From NCBI GenBank assembly GCA_949293255.1, contig CASFCL010000001.1:156105-220104 (forward strand): 64,000 bases of DNA. The letters run 5' to 3'. Both the position numbers and the translations under genes were made by a program. The DNA is from an uncultured bacterium. GTDB taxonomy: Bacteria; Bacillota_I; Bacilli_A; RFN20; CAG-826. The stretch's first letter is position 1, and each line of letters starts with the position of its first letter. The notes under the pieces were generated by a model, which was given only the letters and a program-made list of their open reading frames with translations, was not told where the DNA came from and did no database searches. Shown one piece after another: positions 26,561 through 36,655 of this stretch.

Positions 26561-27921
26561 TACATTTTTAGGGGTATCAGAGCCTTCAAAATGAATTTTT
26601 TTTCATTCGTCTCAAATGTGATTTTGCCGTTATGTTTCTTAACTGTATAGGCTAAAGACTTGGTTCCGAAGCCATGATAATTTGTATTTTTCTTGGTAGT
26701 TTTAATACCAGTTTCATTTAACTCAACTTCGCCTTCAAAGTAGTTAGTTTCTTCTATATAAATGAAGCCTGCTACTTCTTTTACAATAAGAGAAATATTT
26801 CTTTTTAAAGGATCTTTAATTTTAGATACTGCTTCAATTGCATTATCTAAAATATTTGAAAAGAATGTGACGATTTCATCTTTTGAAAATGCATTCAAGA
26901 TTGTCCCATCACACATGGTTGTCATCTCAATTTGATTTTTATGGGCATATAAACTTTTTTCGGTGATGACTAAATCTAAAGTTTCATTACCAGAGTCAAT
27001 AGTTTTATCATAAATTCTAATTGCATCAGCAATTTGTTCTAATTCTTCATCTGTAATGATTCTTGAACTACTTTTTAATTTACGAATCTGTTTTCTTAAG
27101 TCGTGACATTTAATATTAATATAATCAATTGCTTCTTTACTTTGCTCGAATTGTTTTATCTTTTCTTGATAGAAGGCTTCAATTTTTAAAGTTTCTTCTC
27201 TAGCTTTATTGACTTCAAAAAATCCAGCGGTAACTCCTAAAATAAAACATGAACAAGCTACGCAAAATAAAGAAATAATAATTTGTGAAGCGATTTCGTT
27301 ATTTGCATACTTTAAAGATGCAGTATTTAAAACATTAACAACAACTACCGTTGCAGTCGACATAATAACAACTTTAGGTGATGAAATGCTAAATTTATAG
27401 TTTTTATGAAATCTAGTTTTTAAAATGATCGCAGAAAGAATAGAAATTAAGAATTGAGAAATTAAAATTGTTATAACATTCATTATCCATGCATCAAATA
27501 CGAAAAATTGGAATAAAAAGTTATATAACCAATAATCAAATAATAAAGATGTTATTTTATATCCTAAAGATTGAATTGTATAAGCAACTGTTGCAACAAA
27601 TAATGCATCTTTAAATTTAACATCAAAAATTAAGAAATAAAGTAAAAATTGCAAAACAAATAACACTAAATATATTATGGTATTGCTCCAAAATTCCCAT
27701 TTGAAAAGATTTGTAATAATAAATCCTATAATTCCAACAGCAAAAAGAAGACATAAAGAAATGACGATTCTAAAAATAAATCCTTCTCTTATTCTTCTTA
27801 CATTTGGATTTAAAATAAGTTGAACGGCAATCATCACAAGTTGATAATTGCCGATGGTAGTTAAATAAAAATAAATTAAAAATGGCATTATTAGATTAAT
27901 AATATCACTTGATTGAGTCAA
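26560..27921 (-). CDS. AgrC/VirS-like multi-TM sensor histidine kinase (GHKL)
   Basis: About 6-7 TM helices, HDLRKQI, FSNILDNAIEA, TTK...HGFG. Confidence 0.93.
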   Translation of the reverse strand: MTQSSDIINLIMPFLIYFYLTTIGNYQLVMIAVQLILNPNVRRIREGFIFRIVISLCLLFAVGIIGFIITNLFKWEFWSNTIIYLVLFVLQFLLYFLIFDVKFKDALFVATVAYTIQSLGYKITSLLFDYWLYNFLFQFFVFDAWIMNVITILISQFLISILSAIILKTRFHKNYKFSISSPKVVIMSTATVVVVNVLNTASLKYANNEIASQIIISLFCVACSCFILGVTAGFFEVNKAREETLKIEAFYQEKIKQFEQSKEAIDYINIKCHDLRKQIRKLKSSSRIITDEELEQIADAIRIYDKTIDSGNETLDLVITEKSLYAHKNQIEMTTMCDGTILNAFSKDEIVTFFSNILDNAIEAVSKIKDPLKRNISLIVKEVAGFIYIEETNYFEGEVELNETGIKTTKKNTNYHGFGTKSLAYTVKKHNGKITFETNEKKFILKALIPLKM

Positions 27922-28633
27922 ATTTCATTAAATAATTCATAAAATCATTAACAAATGCTCTTCTTTTTGGGTGAGAAATTTGCAAAACTTCATCTTTAAT
28001 ACGACATTCATATTTATCCACTGAAGTAACAAACTTCAAATTGACTAAGTAACAATTATTGCATCTAGAAAATCCATATTGTTTTAAATCGTTTTCATAA
28101 AATTTTAAAGATTCTCTAGCTAAAAAAGATGTGTTGTTATCTAAATAAAATTTAACATCGTGACTTTCAACTTCGATATATTTTATCGATTTAATCGGAA
28201 CTTTTCGATATCCTTCATTAGTTGAAACACCGTATTCTTCTTGAACTCTTCTATCTAAAATTTTAATAACTTTATCCATTCTTAAAGTGAATGAATCATA
28301 TCTAACAGGTTTAATTAAGAAGTCTACTGCTTCAACTTCATAGCCTTTACAGGCATATTTTGCTAAGTTTGTAACAAATAAAATCAAAACATTGCTATCA
28401 AATTCTCGAATTTTTTTAGCAATTTCTAATCCATTTCCGCCTTTTTCAAGGTCGATATCTAAAACAATGATATCTTGATCAAGTTTATATCTGTCAAAGA
28501 AGTCTTTACTAGTTGAAAAATGACTTATTGAAAAGTCGATATTTTTTTCTTTTCCGTACTTATTAAAATAGTTGATTTCGTTATCAAGATCTTCCTTATT
28601 ATCTTCGATAATAGTTACGTATACTTTTTGCAT
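27905..28633 (-). CDS. LytTR family response regulator
   Basis: IIEDN, LDIDL..NG, FLIKP, IKYIEV, FSRCNNCYLVN. The Met at 28633 is preferred because it lies just after a TTGACA..TATATT promoter; the ORF track starts at 28651. Confidence 0.93.
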   Translation of the reverse strand: MQKVYVTIIEDNKEDLDNEINYFNKYGKEKNIDFSISHFSTSKDFFDRYKLDQDIIVLDIDLEKGGNGLEIAKKIREFDSNVLILFVTNLAKYACKGYEVEAVDFLIKPVRYDSFTLRMDKVIKILDRRVQEEYGVSTNEGYRKVPIKSIKYIEVESHDVKFYLDNNTSFLARESLKFYENDLKQYGFSRCNNCYLVNLKFVTSVDKYECRIKDEVLQISHPKRRAFVNDFMNYLMKFDSIK

Positions 28634-28762
28634 GTTTAAAATATAGACCATAAATTAAACTTATGTCAAATATTTATAAAATATTTAACTCTTTATTTGT
28701 TTTAATATAGGGTAAAAATGTTCTATAATTATAAAGATTTGTGAAAGGAAATTATTTTAATT

Positions 28763-29968
28763 ATGAGTAAAATTATGGCTGTCAACTGTGGTTCAAGCAG
28801 TTTGAAATTTAAATTATATGAAATGCCTGAAGAAAAAGTTCTTTGTTCAGGAATTGTTGAAAGAATTGGTCACGATGATGCAATTTTTCAATTTAAGCAT
28901 GACGCTTCAAAAGATAAGACAATCCTTCCTGTAAAAGATCATGCTGTCGCTGTTAATATCGTCATGGATGCTTTAATTGAAAAAGGCATCATCGAACATC
29001 TTGATGAAATTAAAGCAACTGGTCATAGAGTCGTTCAAGGTGGACCTTATTTTAAGGTTTCAACTGAGTTTAACGAGGATACTGTTTCAAAAATTAGATC
29101 TTTAATACCTCTTGCTCCTCTTCATAACCAAGCACATTTAACTGGTTATGAAGCCTTTAAAAAAGCTCTTCCAACTACTCCTGCTATCGCAGTTTTTGAT
29201 ACTGCATTCCATCAAACAATGGAACCAGAAGATTACTTATTTGCTATTCCAAAAAAATATTCTAAAAAATATATGATTAGAAGATATGGAGCTCATGGAA
29301 CTTCTCATAAATATCTTTCTGAAAAGGGTGAAGAATATATTCCATCATCAAAAGATAGGAAAATGATAATTTGTCATTTAGGAAGTGGTGCTTCTATTAC
29401 TGCTACTAAAAACGGTAAATGTGTTGCAACTAGTATGGGATTAACTCCACTTGGAGGAATTATGATGAATTCAAGAACTGGAGATATGGATCCATCAGTC
29501 TACTATCAACTTTTAAAAGAAACCGGATTAGATAACGAAACATTATTCCAAGAATTAAATAAACAATCTGGTTTATATGGAACTAGCGGAGTTTCAAATG
29601 ATTCTAGAGATGTTGCTAATAAAGCACTTGAAGGTGATGAAGATTCCATCATTTCAATGAAACTTTGGGCAAGAAGAGTTGCAGATTTCATTGGTCAATA
29701 TTTTGTTAGACTTGGCGGATGTGATTTAATCATTTTCTCAGCAGGAATTGGTGAAAATGCTCCTGAATATAGAGAATTGGTCCTTAAAAATATTGAAGAA
29801 GCTCTTGGTTTATCAGTCAACTATGAAGAAAATAACAAAGTTTTTGGAGGAATTGAAAAAGTTATTTCAAATCCTGAAAGTAAAATCAAAATTGCAGTCA
29901 TTCCTACTGATGAAGAAGTCATGATTGCACGTGATGCATACGATTTATATTTAAGTAAACAAGGTTAA
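28763..29968 (+). CDS. ackA: Acetate kinase
   Basis: NCGSSSLK, GHRVVQGG, APLHN, FDTAFH, YGAHGTSH, TDEE. Confidence 0.98.
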   Translation: MSKIMAVNCGSSSLKFKLYEMPEEKVLCSGIVERIGHDDAIFQFKHDASKDKTILPVKDHAVAVNIVMDALIEKGIIEHLDEIKATGHRVVQGGPYFKVSTEFNEDTVSKIRSLIPLAPLHNQAHLTGYEAFKKALPTTPAIAVFDTAFHQTMEPEDYLFAIPKKYSKKYMIRRYGAHGTSHKYLSEKGEEYIPSSKDRKMIICHLGSGASITATKNGKCVATSMGLTPLGGIMMNSRTGDMDPSVYYQLLKETGLDNETLFQELNKQSGLYGTSGVSNDSRDVANKALEGDEDSIISMKLWARRVADFIGQYFVRLGGCDLIIFSAGIGENAPEYRELVLKNIEEALGLSVNYEENNKVFGGIEKVISNPESKIKIAVIPTDEEVMIARDAYDLYLSKQG

Positions 29969-29970
29969 TT

Positions 29971-30978
29971 ATGAACTATATAAAAGAAGTCGGAAAACCA
30001 TATTTAAAACAATATTCTGAAGTACTTAAACAAATTAAAAAGTTCGATAGAATTGCAATTTTTAGACATATTATGCCTGATTTTGATGCTTTAGGAACTC
30101 AATTTGGTTTAGCTACTTGGATTAAAGATAATTTCCCAAATAAAGAAGTTAGAACTTTAGGAGATAACCATGGTGTTTTTACTCCTAGGGGTCTATTTCC
30201 TGAAACAGATAAATTAGATAATTCCTGGTTTGATTCACCATTTTTAGCAATTATTGTCGATGTTGGAGATAAAAAAAGAATCGCTGATCCACGTTTTCAA
30301 AAAGGAACTTATAGAATTAAATTAGATCACCACCCATTTGGTGAAGATCATTTATTCAATCTTCCAATTGCTAACATTGAAATGGCTGCTGCTAGCGAAT
30401 TAGTCGTCAATATGTTATGTAATTTTAAAGGTAATTACGTATTATCTAAAAAGGCAGCATCTTATTTTTATATCGCTCTTGTTGGAGATAGCGGAAGATT
30501 CCAATATAATTCCACTACTTCTCATACCTTTGAAATTGCTACTAAACTTTTAGATGCAAAAATTTCAATCGTCGATATTTATGAAATGATGTATCAAAAA
30601 GAACCTTCTGATTTAGAAGTTATGAAATTTATTTTAAATACATATAAAATTTCACCTCAGGGTGTCGCTTATTATGTATTAACTAACGAAGATTTACTTC
30701 GACTTGGTTTAACTTGTGATCGTGGTAAAGAAAATGTAAATTTATTTTCTAATATCAACGGAGTCAAAGTTTGGTGTTCAATCACTGAAGATGTCACTGA
30801 ACCATGTTTTAGAATCTCAATTAGAAGTAGAAAATATGTTATAAATGAAGTTGCTAAAGCATTTAAAGGAGGCGGACATGCTTCAGCTAGTGGTGCTCAA
30901 ATTAAAGATCTTAGTGAATTAGATTCTTTTATCAATGCTCTAGATCAACTTATTATTGAGGAAGATAGTAAAAAATAA
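29971..30978 (+). CDS. nrnA: DHH family bifunctional oligoribonuclease/PAP phosphatase
   Basis: RHIMPDFDALG, LDHH, GDSGRF, SIRS, GGGHASASG; sits next to dnaE. Confidence 0.9.
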   Translation: MNYIKEVGKPYLKQYSEVLKQIKKFDRIAIFRHIMPDFDALGTQFGLATWIKDNFPNKEVRTLGDNHGVFTPRGLFPETDKLDNSWFDSPFLAIIVDVGDKKRIADPRFQKGTYRIKLDHHPFGEDHLFNLPIANIEMAAASELVVNMLCNFKGNYVLSKKAASYFYIALVGDSGRFQYNSTTSHTFEIATKLLDAKISIVDIYEMMYQKEPSDLEVMKFILNTYKISPQGVAYYVLTNEDLLRLGLTCDRGKENVNLFSNINGVKVWCSITEDVTEPCFRISIRSRKYVINEVAKAFKGGGHASASGAQIKDLSELDSFINALDQLIIEEDSKK

Positions 30979-33900
30979 TGTCTTATATACCTCTTCATAT
31001 TAGAACTGGATATACATTCTTAAAATCAGGTATCACCATACCAAAACTAATTAAATTTGCTAAAGAATGTAAGTTTAAATATTTAGGAATATCCGATTTA
31101 AATGTCATGTATGGATTTCCTAAATTTAATGAGCTTTGTTTAAAAAGTGGAATCACTCCACTTTTTGGTATGGATGTTGAAATTGAAGAAAATATCATTT
31201 CTTTATTTGTTCAAAATGAAGTTGGTTATATAAATTTATGTCATCTTTCTAGTTACATTCAAAGAGGTAATATTTTAGATTTAGATACATTAAAAAATTA
31301 TACTGAGGGACTTAAAGCAGTCTTTCCTATATCAAATAAATTATTTGCTTCAGTAGATGAAAATACTTTTTCAACTGCTCTTTTTAAATACTCAAAAATC
31401 TTTAAAGAATTTTTTATTGGTATAGAAATTTATACTAAAGAAGAAGTTAAAAAAGCTGACTTAATTAGAAGTTTTGCTCAACAATATTCTTATCATTGTA
31501 TCGCTTTTCCTAAAGTTCAATATTTAAAAAAATCTGATGCAATTGTCACTCAACTTTTAAAGGCAATTGAGATACAATCTACCACGGATTATAAAGAAAT
31601 ACCCGCAGATTCCCACTATTTTTTAAAAACTAATGAAGAAATAACTAAATTTTACTCACCTAGTGAACTTGAAAATTGTGCCTTACTTTTAGAAAATTAC
31701 GACTTTAATTTAAAGATAAAAAGAGGTAAATTACTCCATTATGATCCTTTAAAAAATTCAGATGAATTATTAATTTCAAAACTTCATGACGGATTAAAAT
31801 TTAGAAATATTGAGTTAGAAAATAATAAGGTTTATCGCGATAGATTAAATTATGAATATTTAACAATTAAGAAAATGGGTTATAGTGACTACTTCTTAAT
31901 TGTTCAAGATTATGTAAATTATGCTAAAAATAATAACATTCCAGTTGGTCCAGGAAGAGGTTCTGCTGCTGGAAGTTTAATATCATATTTACTCAATATT
32001 ACTGATGTTGACCCACTTAAATATGACTTACTTTTTGAAAGATTTTTAAATCCTCAAAGAAAATCAATGCCTGATATTGATGTTGATTTTTCTGATTTAA
32101 AAAGAGATTTAGTTTTTGAATATTTAAAGAAAAAATATAGTTATAAAAGATGTGCTAGAGTCATCGCTTTCCAAACTTTTGGAGCAAAACAAGCTTTAAG
32201 AGATGTCACAAAAGCAATCGGATTCCCTAATAATATCGCGGATCAAATCTCTAAAACTATTCCAGCTAATTTTAATGCTAATAATTTTGATTTAGATTAT
32301 GCTTATGAACATATTCCAGCTTTTAAAGCAATAATTGATTCTACTCCAGATTATAGCATTATCTTTAATTTAGCCCATCTAATTGAAGGTTTACCGCGTC
32401 AAAAGGGTCTTCATGCTGCTGGACTTATCATTGATAATGAAGAACTTGAAAATTCAATTCCTCTTACTTATGAAGGAGAAAATGAACAAGTTACTCAATA
32501 TGAAAAAGATTATTTAGAAGAACAAGGATTCTTAAAAATGGATTTACTTGGTTTAACTAACCTCTCCACTATTGAAGCTTGTATTGAAAATGTTAAAAAG
32601 AATCGAAATATCGATATCGATTTATCAAAAATTTCTTTAGATGATCCAAAAATTTATAATCTCATAAAATCAGGTTCAACAATGGGTCTTTTCCAACTTG
32701 ATACCTCTGCTGCTAATAACGCTTTAGGTTATATTAAACCTTCAAAATTTATGGATGTTGTTGCAACAATTTCTTTAGATAGACCTGGTCCAATGGAACA
32801 AATTCCACTTTATTCAAGAAGAAAAGAAAGAAAAGAAAAAGTCACTTATATCGATAAATCTTTAGAACCAATCTTAAAAGAAACTTATGGAATTATCGTC
32901 TATCAAGAACAAATTATGCAAATTTGCAGGGTTTTTGCAGGGTTTTCTTACGCAGAAGCCGATTTATTTAGAAGAGCAATTTCTAAAAAACATCAATCTG
33001 AGCTCTTAAAACTTAAAGATTCTTTTACACTTGGAGCTCAAAAGAAAGGTCATGATTTAAAAACAATAAATGAGATCTATAATTTGATTTTAAAGTTTGC
33101 TAGCTATGGTTTTAATAAATCTCACGCTGTTAGTTATGCAATGATTGCTTGCCAAGAAGCATATTTAAAAGCAAATTATGGGCCTGAATTTTATATTGCA
33201 ATTTTAGATCAACAATATGGCTCAAATGATGCTAAGTTTTCGAAATACGTAAGTGAAATTAAAAAAGCAAAAATTAATCTACTTCTTCCTAGCATCAATA
33301 AATCAGGAGCTAATTTCTCTTTAGAAAATGGTTCTTTAAGAATGCCACTACTAGGAATTAGTGGTTTCCCATCACTTGTTACTTTCAGTATTATTAACGA
33401 AAGAAATAAAAATGGAGAGTTTAAAGATTTCATCGATTTTGTTTTAAGAATGTATCGAACACCTGATAAAATCAGCGAAACTAACTTAGCTAAACTCATC
33501 GATGCAGGATGTTTTGATGAATTATATCCTAATAGAAAATCCCTAAAAATGTCGATTACACCGGCACTTTCTTATGCTAGTGCAACTATATATAATGAAA
33601 ATTCTCTCTTTGAAGATTTTGGATTAAAGTTTGATTATATTGAAACAAAAGATGATCCAGAAGAAAGAATTGCTAACGAATTAAATTCAATTGGAGTAAT
33701 GATTTCTGATTCTCCACTTCGACACGTAGATTTATCTAGATATAAAAAGTTAGTAATTACGCCAATTAGTGAATTAAAAAACAATGTAACTTCTTATATT
33801 CTTGTAATTATTAATTCAATTAAGACAATTCAAGTAAAAAATGGCAAAGATAAAGGTAAACCGATGGCGTTTTTAGGAGTATTTGATGAATCTGGAGAGA

Positions 33901-34046
33901 TTGATGTAACAGTTTTTGCAGATGATTATGCAAAAAACATCAATAATATTGTTAAAAATAACATCTTACTTATCAAAGGTAAGGTTCAACCTCGAGATGG
34001 TAAAATATCGTTTAATTTAGAAAATATGATGAATGTAAAGGAGTAG
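30978..34046 (+). CDS. dnaE: DNA polymerase III alpha subunit (DnaE)
   Basis: PHP domain at the N-terminus, GPGRGSAAGS, FERFLNP, MPDIDVDF, YGFNKSHA, C-terminal OB fold. Confidence 0.98.
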   Translation: MSYIPLHIRTGYTFLKSGITIPKLIKFAKECKFKYLGISDLNVMYGFPKFNELCLKSGITPLFGMDVEIEENIISLFVQNEVGYINLCHLSSYIQRGNILDLDTLKNYTEGLKAVFPISNKLFASVDENTFSTALFKYSKIFKEFFIGIEIYTKEEVKKADLIRSFAQQYSYHCIAFPKVQYLKKSDAIVTQLLKAIEIQSTTDYKEIPADSHYFLKTNEEITKFYSPSELENCALLLENYDFNLKIKRGKLLHYDPLKNSDELLISKLHDGLKFRNIELENNKVYRDRLNYEYLTIKKMGYSDYFLIVQDYVNYAKNNNIPVGPGRGSAAGSLISYLLNITDVDPLKYDLLFERFLNPQRKSMPDIDVDFSDLKRDLVFEYLKKKYSYKRCARVIAFQTFGAKQALRDVTKAIGFPNNIADQISKTIPANFNANNFDLDYAYEHIPAFKAIIDSTPDYSIIFNLAHLIEGLPRQKGLHAAGLIIDNEELENSIPLTYEGENEQVTQYEKDYLEEQGFLKMDLLGLTNLSTIEACIENVKKNRNIDIDLSKISLDDPKIYNLIKSGSTMGLFQLDTSAANNALGYIKPSKFMDVVATISLDRPGPMEQIPLYSRRKERKEKVTYIDKSLEPILKETYGIIVYQEQIMQICRVFAGFSYAEADLFRRAISKKHQSELLKLKDSFTLGAQKKGHDLKTINEIYNLILKFASYGFNKSHAVSYAMIACQEAYLKANYGPEFYIAILDQQYGSNDAKFSKYVSEIKKAKINLLLPSINKSGANFSLENGSLRMPLLGISGFPSLVTFSIINERNKNGEFKDFIDFVLRMYRTPDKISETNLAKLIDAGCFDELYPNRKSLKMSITPALSYASATIYNENSLFEDFGLKFDYIETKDDPEERIANELNSIGVMISDSPLRHVDLSRYKKLVITPISELKNNVTSYILVIINSIKTIQVKNGKDKGKPMAFLGVFDESGEIDVTVFADDYAKNINNIVKNNILLIKGKVQPRDGKISFNLENMMNVKE

Positions 34047-34049
34047 TTT

Positions 34050-36653
34050 ATGGCAAAAATTATAATTATTGATGGAAATTCATTACTTTTTAGAGCATTT
34101 TATGCTACTTACACTCCTGAAAAAGAGAAATTAATGAGAAATAAAGATGGAATTCCTACAAATGCTATCTTTGCTTTTTCTAATATGCTTACCGCTATCA
34201 TCAATTCTTTAAATAAAGATGATGGAATTTTTGTTGCTTTTGATAAAGGTGCTCATACTTTTAGACATAAAAGACTTAAAACTTACAAAGCAAATAGACC
34301 TCCTCTTCCTGAAGAATTAGCTATTCAAATGCCAATTGCTAGAGAATTATTAGATGCTTTAAACATTCATTATTATGAAGATGACGATTATGAAGCTGAT
34401 GATATTGCTGGAAATATGGCTAAAAAAGCTGAAAAAGTAGGTTATAAAGTGCTTTTATACACTTCAGATAAGGATTATTTACAATTGATTGATGATAATA
34501 TTACTGTTGAGCTTATTAAAAAAGGTTTAAGAGATATTAAAGAAATGACTCCTACTTCTTTTAAAGATGAATGGGGTTTTGAACCTGCAAAAATTATCGA
34601 TTATAAAGGATTAAGAGGTGATCCAAGTGATAATTTAAATGGTATTCCTAAAGTTGGAGATAAAACTGCTAAATCTTTAATCATAAAATATGGATCTTTT
34701 GAAGAAATTTATAATCACGTTGATGAATTAACTCCAAGTTTAAAAGCTAACATGTTAGAGTTTGTTGAAGATGGCAGATTATCAAAAGAACTTGCAATAA
34801 TTAATACTGATTTCCCAATTCCTCTTTCACCACTAGAAACAATTTATCGAGGATATGATTTTAATACCATTTCTGAATTTGCTAAAAAATATAACTTTAA
34901 TAGTTTATTAAATAAGTTACCTAGGTCTCGTAGATTAAAAGATGAAAAGATTACAAAGTTAACTTTTAAAGAAATTAAAGATATTGATGAGTTAGTAATT
35001 CCTAAAAAATTTGGTATAGGAATTGATGTTTCTAATGACAATTATCATGAAGCAATTTTATATGGAATTTCATTATCATTTCATGATGAAAACTACTATA
35101 TTTTTACAGAAAACCTTGTAAAATCCCCACATTTAATAGAAATTTTAGAAAGTGAAGATTATAAAAAGTATGCATTTGATTTCAAAAAAATCAAGTGTGT
35201 TTTATCTAGATATGGTATCAATATCAAGGGTTTAGAATTTGATTTATTACTTGCTACTTATTTAATTGATTCATCGTATTCAAATGATTTTAGCTCCTTA
35301 GTTTCAATTTATGGATATAACATCAACTATGTTTATGATGATTCAACTGCTTTATTTAGTACATCTAATCCATTACTTTCAATTGCTTTGAGTTACTATC
35401 CTTTATTTTTATCAGAAAGGACAATTTCTAAACTCAAAAGTCTTGAACAATATGAACTTTTAAGTGAAATTGAACAACCTTTAACCATTGTTTTAGCTGA
35501 TATGGAAATTGAAGGATTCCCACTTGATAAAGATACATTAATCGAATTTAAAAAAGATTATGAAGGTAAAATTGAAGCATTAAAAGAAGAAATTTATACC
35601 CTTGCTGGTCATGAATTTAATATCAATTCACCAAAAGAATTAGGTAATCTTTTATACCAAGAATTAAATCTTCCTGGCAATAAAAAAGGTTCTACTTCTG
35701 TTGAATACTTAAAAGAATTAATTCCTTATCATCCAATTGTTTCAAAAATTTTAGATTATAGAAAATATTCAAAACTTCTTTCTACTTATGTAAATGGATT
35801 TTTAGGTTATATTCAAGCAGATGGAAAAATTCATGCTACCTTTAATCAAGCCTACACTCAAACAGGAAGATTATCTTCAAGTGAACCAAATTTACAAAAT
35901 ATCAGTATTAGAGATGAAGAAAGAAAACAAATTAGAAAAGCATTTTTCTATAAAGAAGATAATATCAAGATACTTTCTCTTGATTATTCTCAAATAGAAT
36001 TAAGAATTTTAGCTAGTTTATCAGGTTCAGAATCATTAATTAGAACTTTTAATAATGATGAAGATATTCATAGTGCTACTGCTAAACAAGTATTCCATCT
36101 TGATAGAGAACCAACTTCTTTAGAAAGAAGAAAGGCTAAAGCAGTTAATTTTGGTATCGTTTATGGAATTTCAGATTGGGGTCTTGCTGATCAACTTGAA
36201 ATTTCAATGAGAGAAGCTAGAGAAATCATCACCTCCTTTAATAAAGCTTATCCAGAAGTTAAAGAATATTTAGATAAACTCGTTAGTGAAGCAAATGAAT
36301 TAGGATATGCTACTACTTTATTTAATAGAAGAAGATATTTCTTAGATTTAAAAGATGGAAGCATTCAAGCAAGAGAATTTGTAAAAAGAGCTGCTATGAA
36401 TGCTCCAATTCAAGGTACTGCTGCTGATGTTATGAAAGTTGCAATGATTAAAGTCGATAAAGCTTTAAAAGAAGGTAACTATAAATCAAAAATTGTTTCT
36501 CAAATTCATGACGAATTAATCATTAAAGCTTACGAAGATGAAGTTGGAGAAGTTTCAAAATTAATTAAAGATATCATGGAAAATGCAGTTAAATTAAAAG
36601 TTGCTTTAAAAGTTGATGGAGGTTATGCATCTAGTTGGTTTGATGCTAAATAA
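34050..36653 (+). CDS. polA: DNA polymerase I
   Basis: DGNSLLFRAF, EADD, TGRLSSSEPNLQNI, DYSQIELR, QIHDEL. Confidence 0.99.
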   Translation: MAKIIIIDGNSLLFRAFYATYTPEKEKLMRNKDGIPTNAIFAFSNMLTAIINSLNKDDGIFVAFDKGAHTFRHKRLKTYKANRPPLPEELAIQMPIARELLDALNIHYYEDDDYEADDIAGNMAKKAEKVGYKVLLYTSDKDYLQLIDDNITVELIKKGLRDIKEMTPTSFKDEWGFEPAKIIDYKGLRGDPSDNLNGIPKVGDKTAKSLIIKYGSFEEIYNHVDELTPSLKANMLEFVEDGRLSKELAIINTDFPIPLSPLETIYRGYDFNTISEFAKKYNFNSLLNKLPRSRRLKDEKITKLTFKEIKDIDELVIPKKFGIGIDVSNDNYHEAILYGISLSFHDENYYIFTENLVKSPHLIEILESEDYKKYAFDFKKIKCVLSRYGINIKGLEFDLLLATYLIDSSYSNDFSSLVSIYGYNINYVYDDSTALFSTSNPLLSIALSYYPLFLSERTISKLKSLEQYELLSEIEQPLTIVLADMEIEGFPLDKDTLIEFKKDYEGKIEALKEEIYTLAGHEFNINSPKELGNLLYQELNLPGNKKGSTSVEYLKELIPYHPIVSKILDYRKYSKLLSTYVNGFLGYIQADGKIHATFNQAYTQTGRLSSSEPNLQNISIRDEERKQIRKAFFYKEDNIKILSLDYSQIELRILASLSGSESLIRTFNNDEDIHSATAKQVFHLDREPTSLERRKAKAVNFGIVYGISDWGLADQLEISMREAREIITSFNKAYPEVKEYLDKLVSEANELGYATTLFNRRRYFLDLKDGSIQAREFVKRAAMNAPIQGTAADVMKVAMIKVDKALKEGNYKSKIVSQIHDELIIKAYEDEVGEVSKLIKDIMENAVKLKVALKVDGGYASSWFDAK

Positions 36654-36655
36654 AT

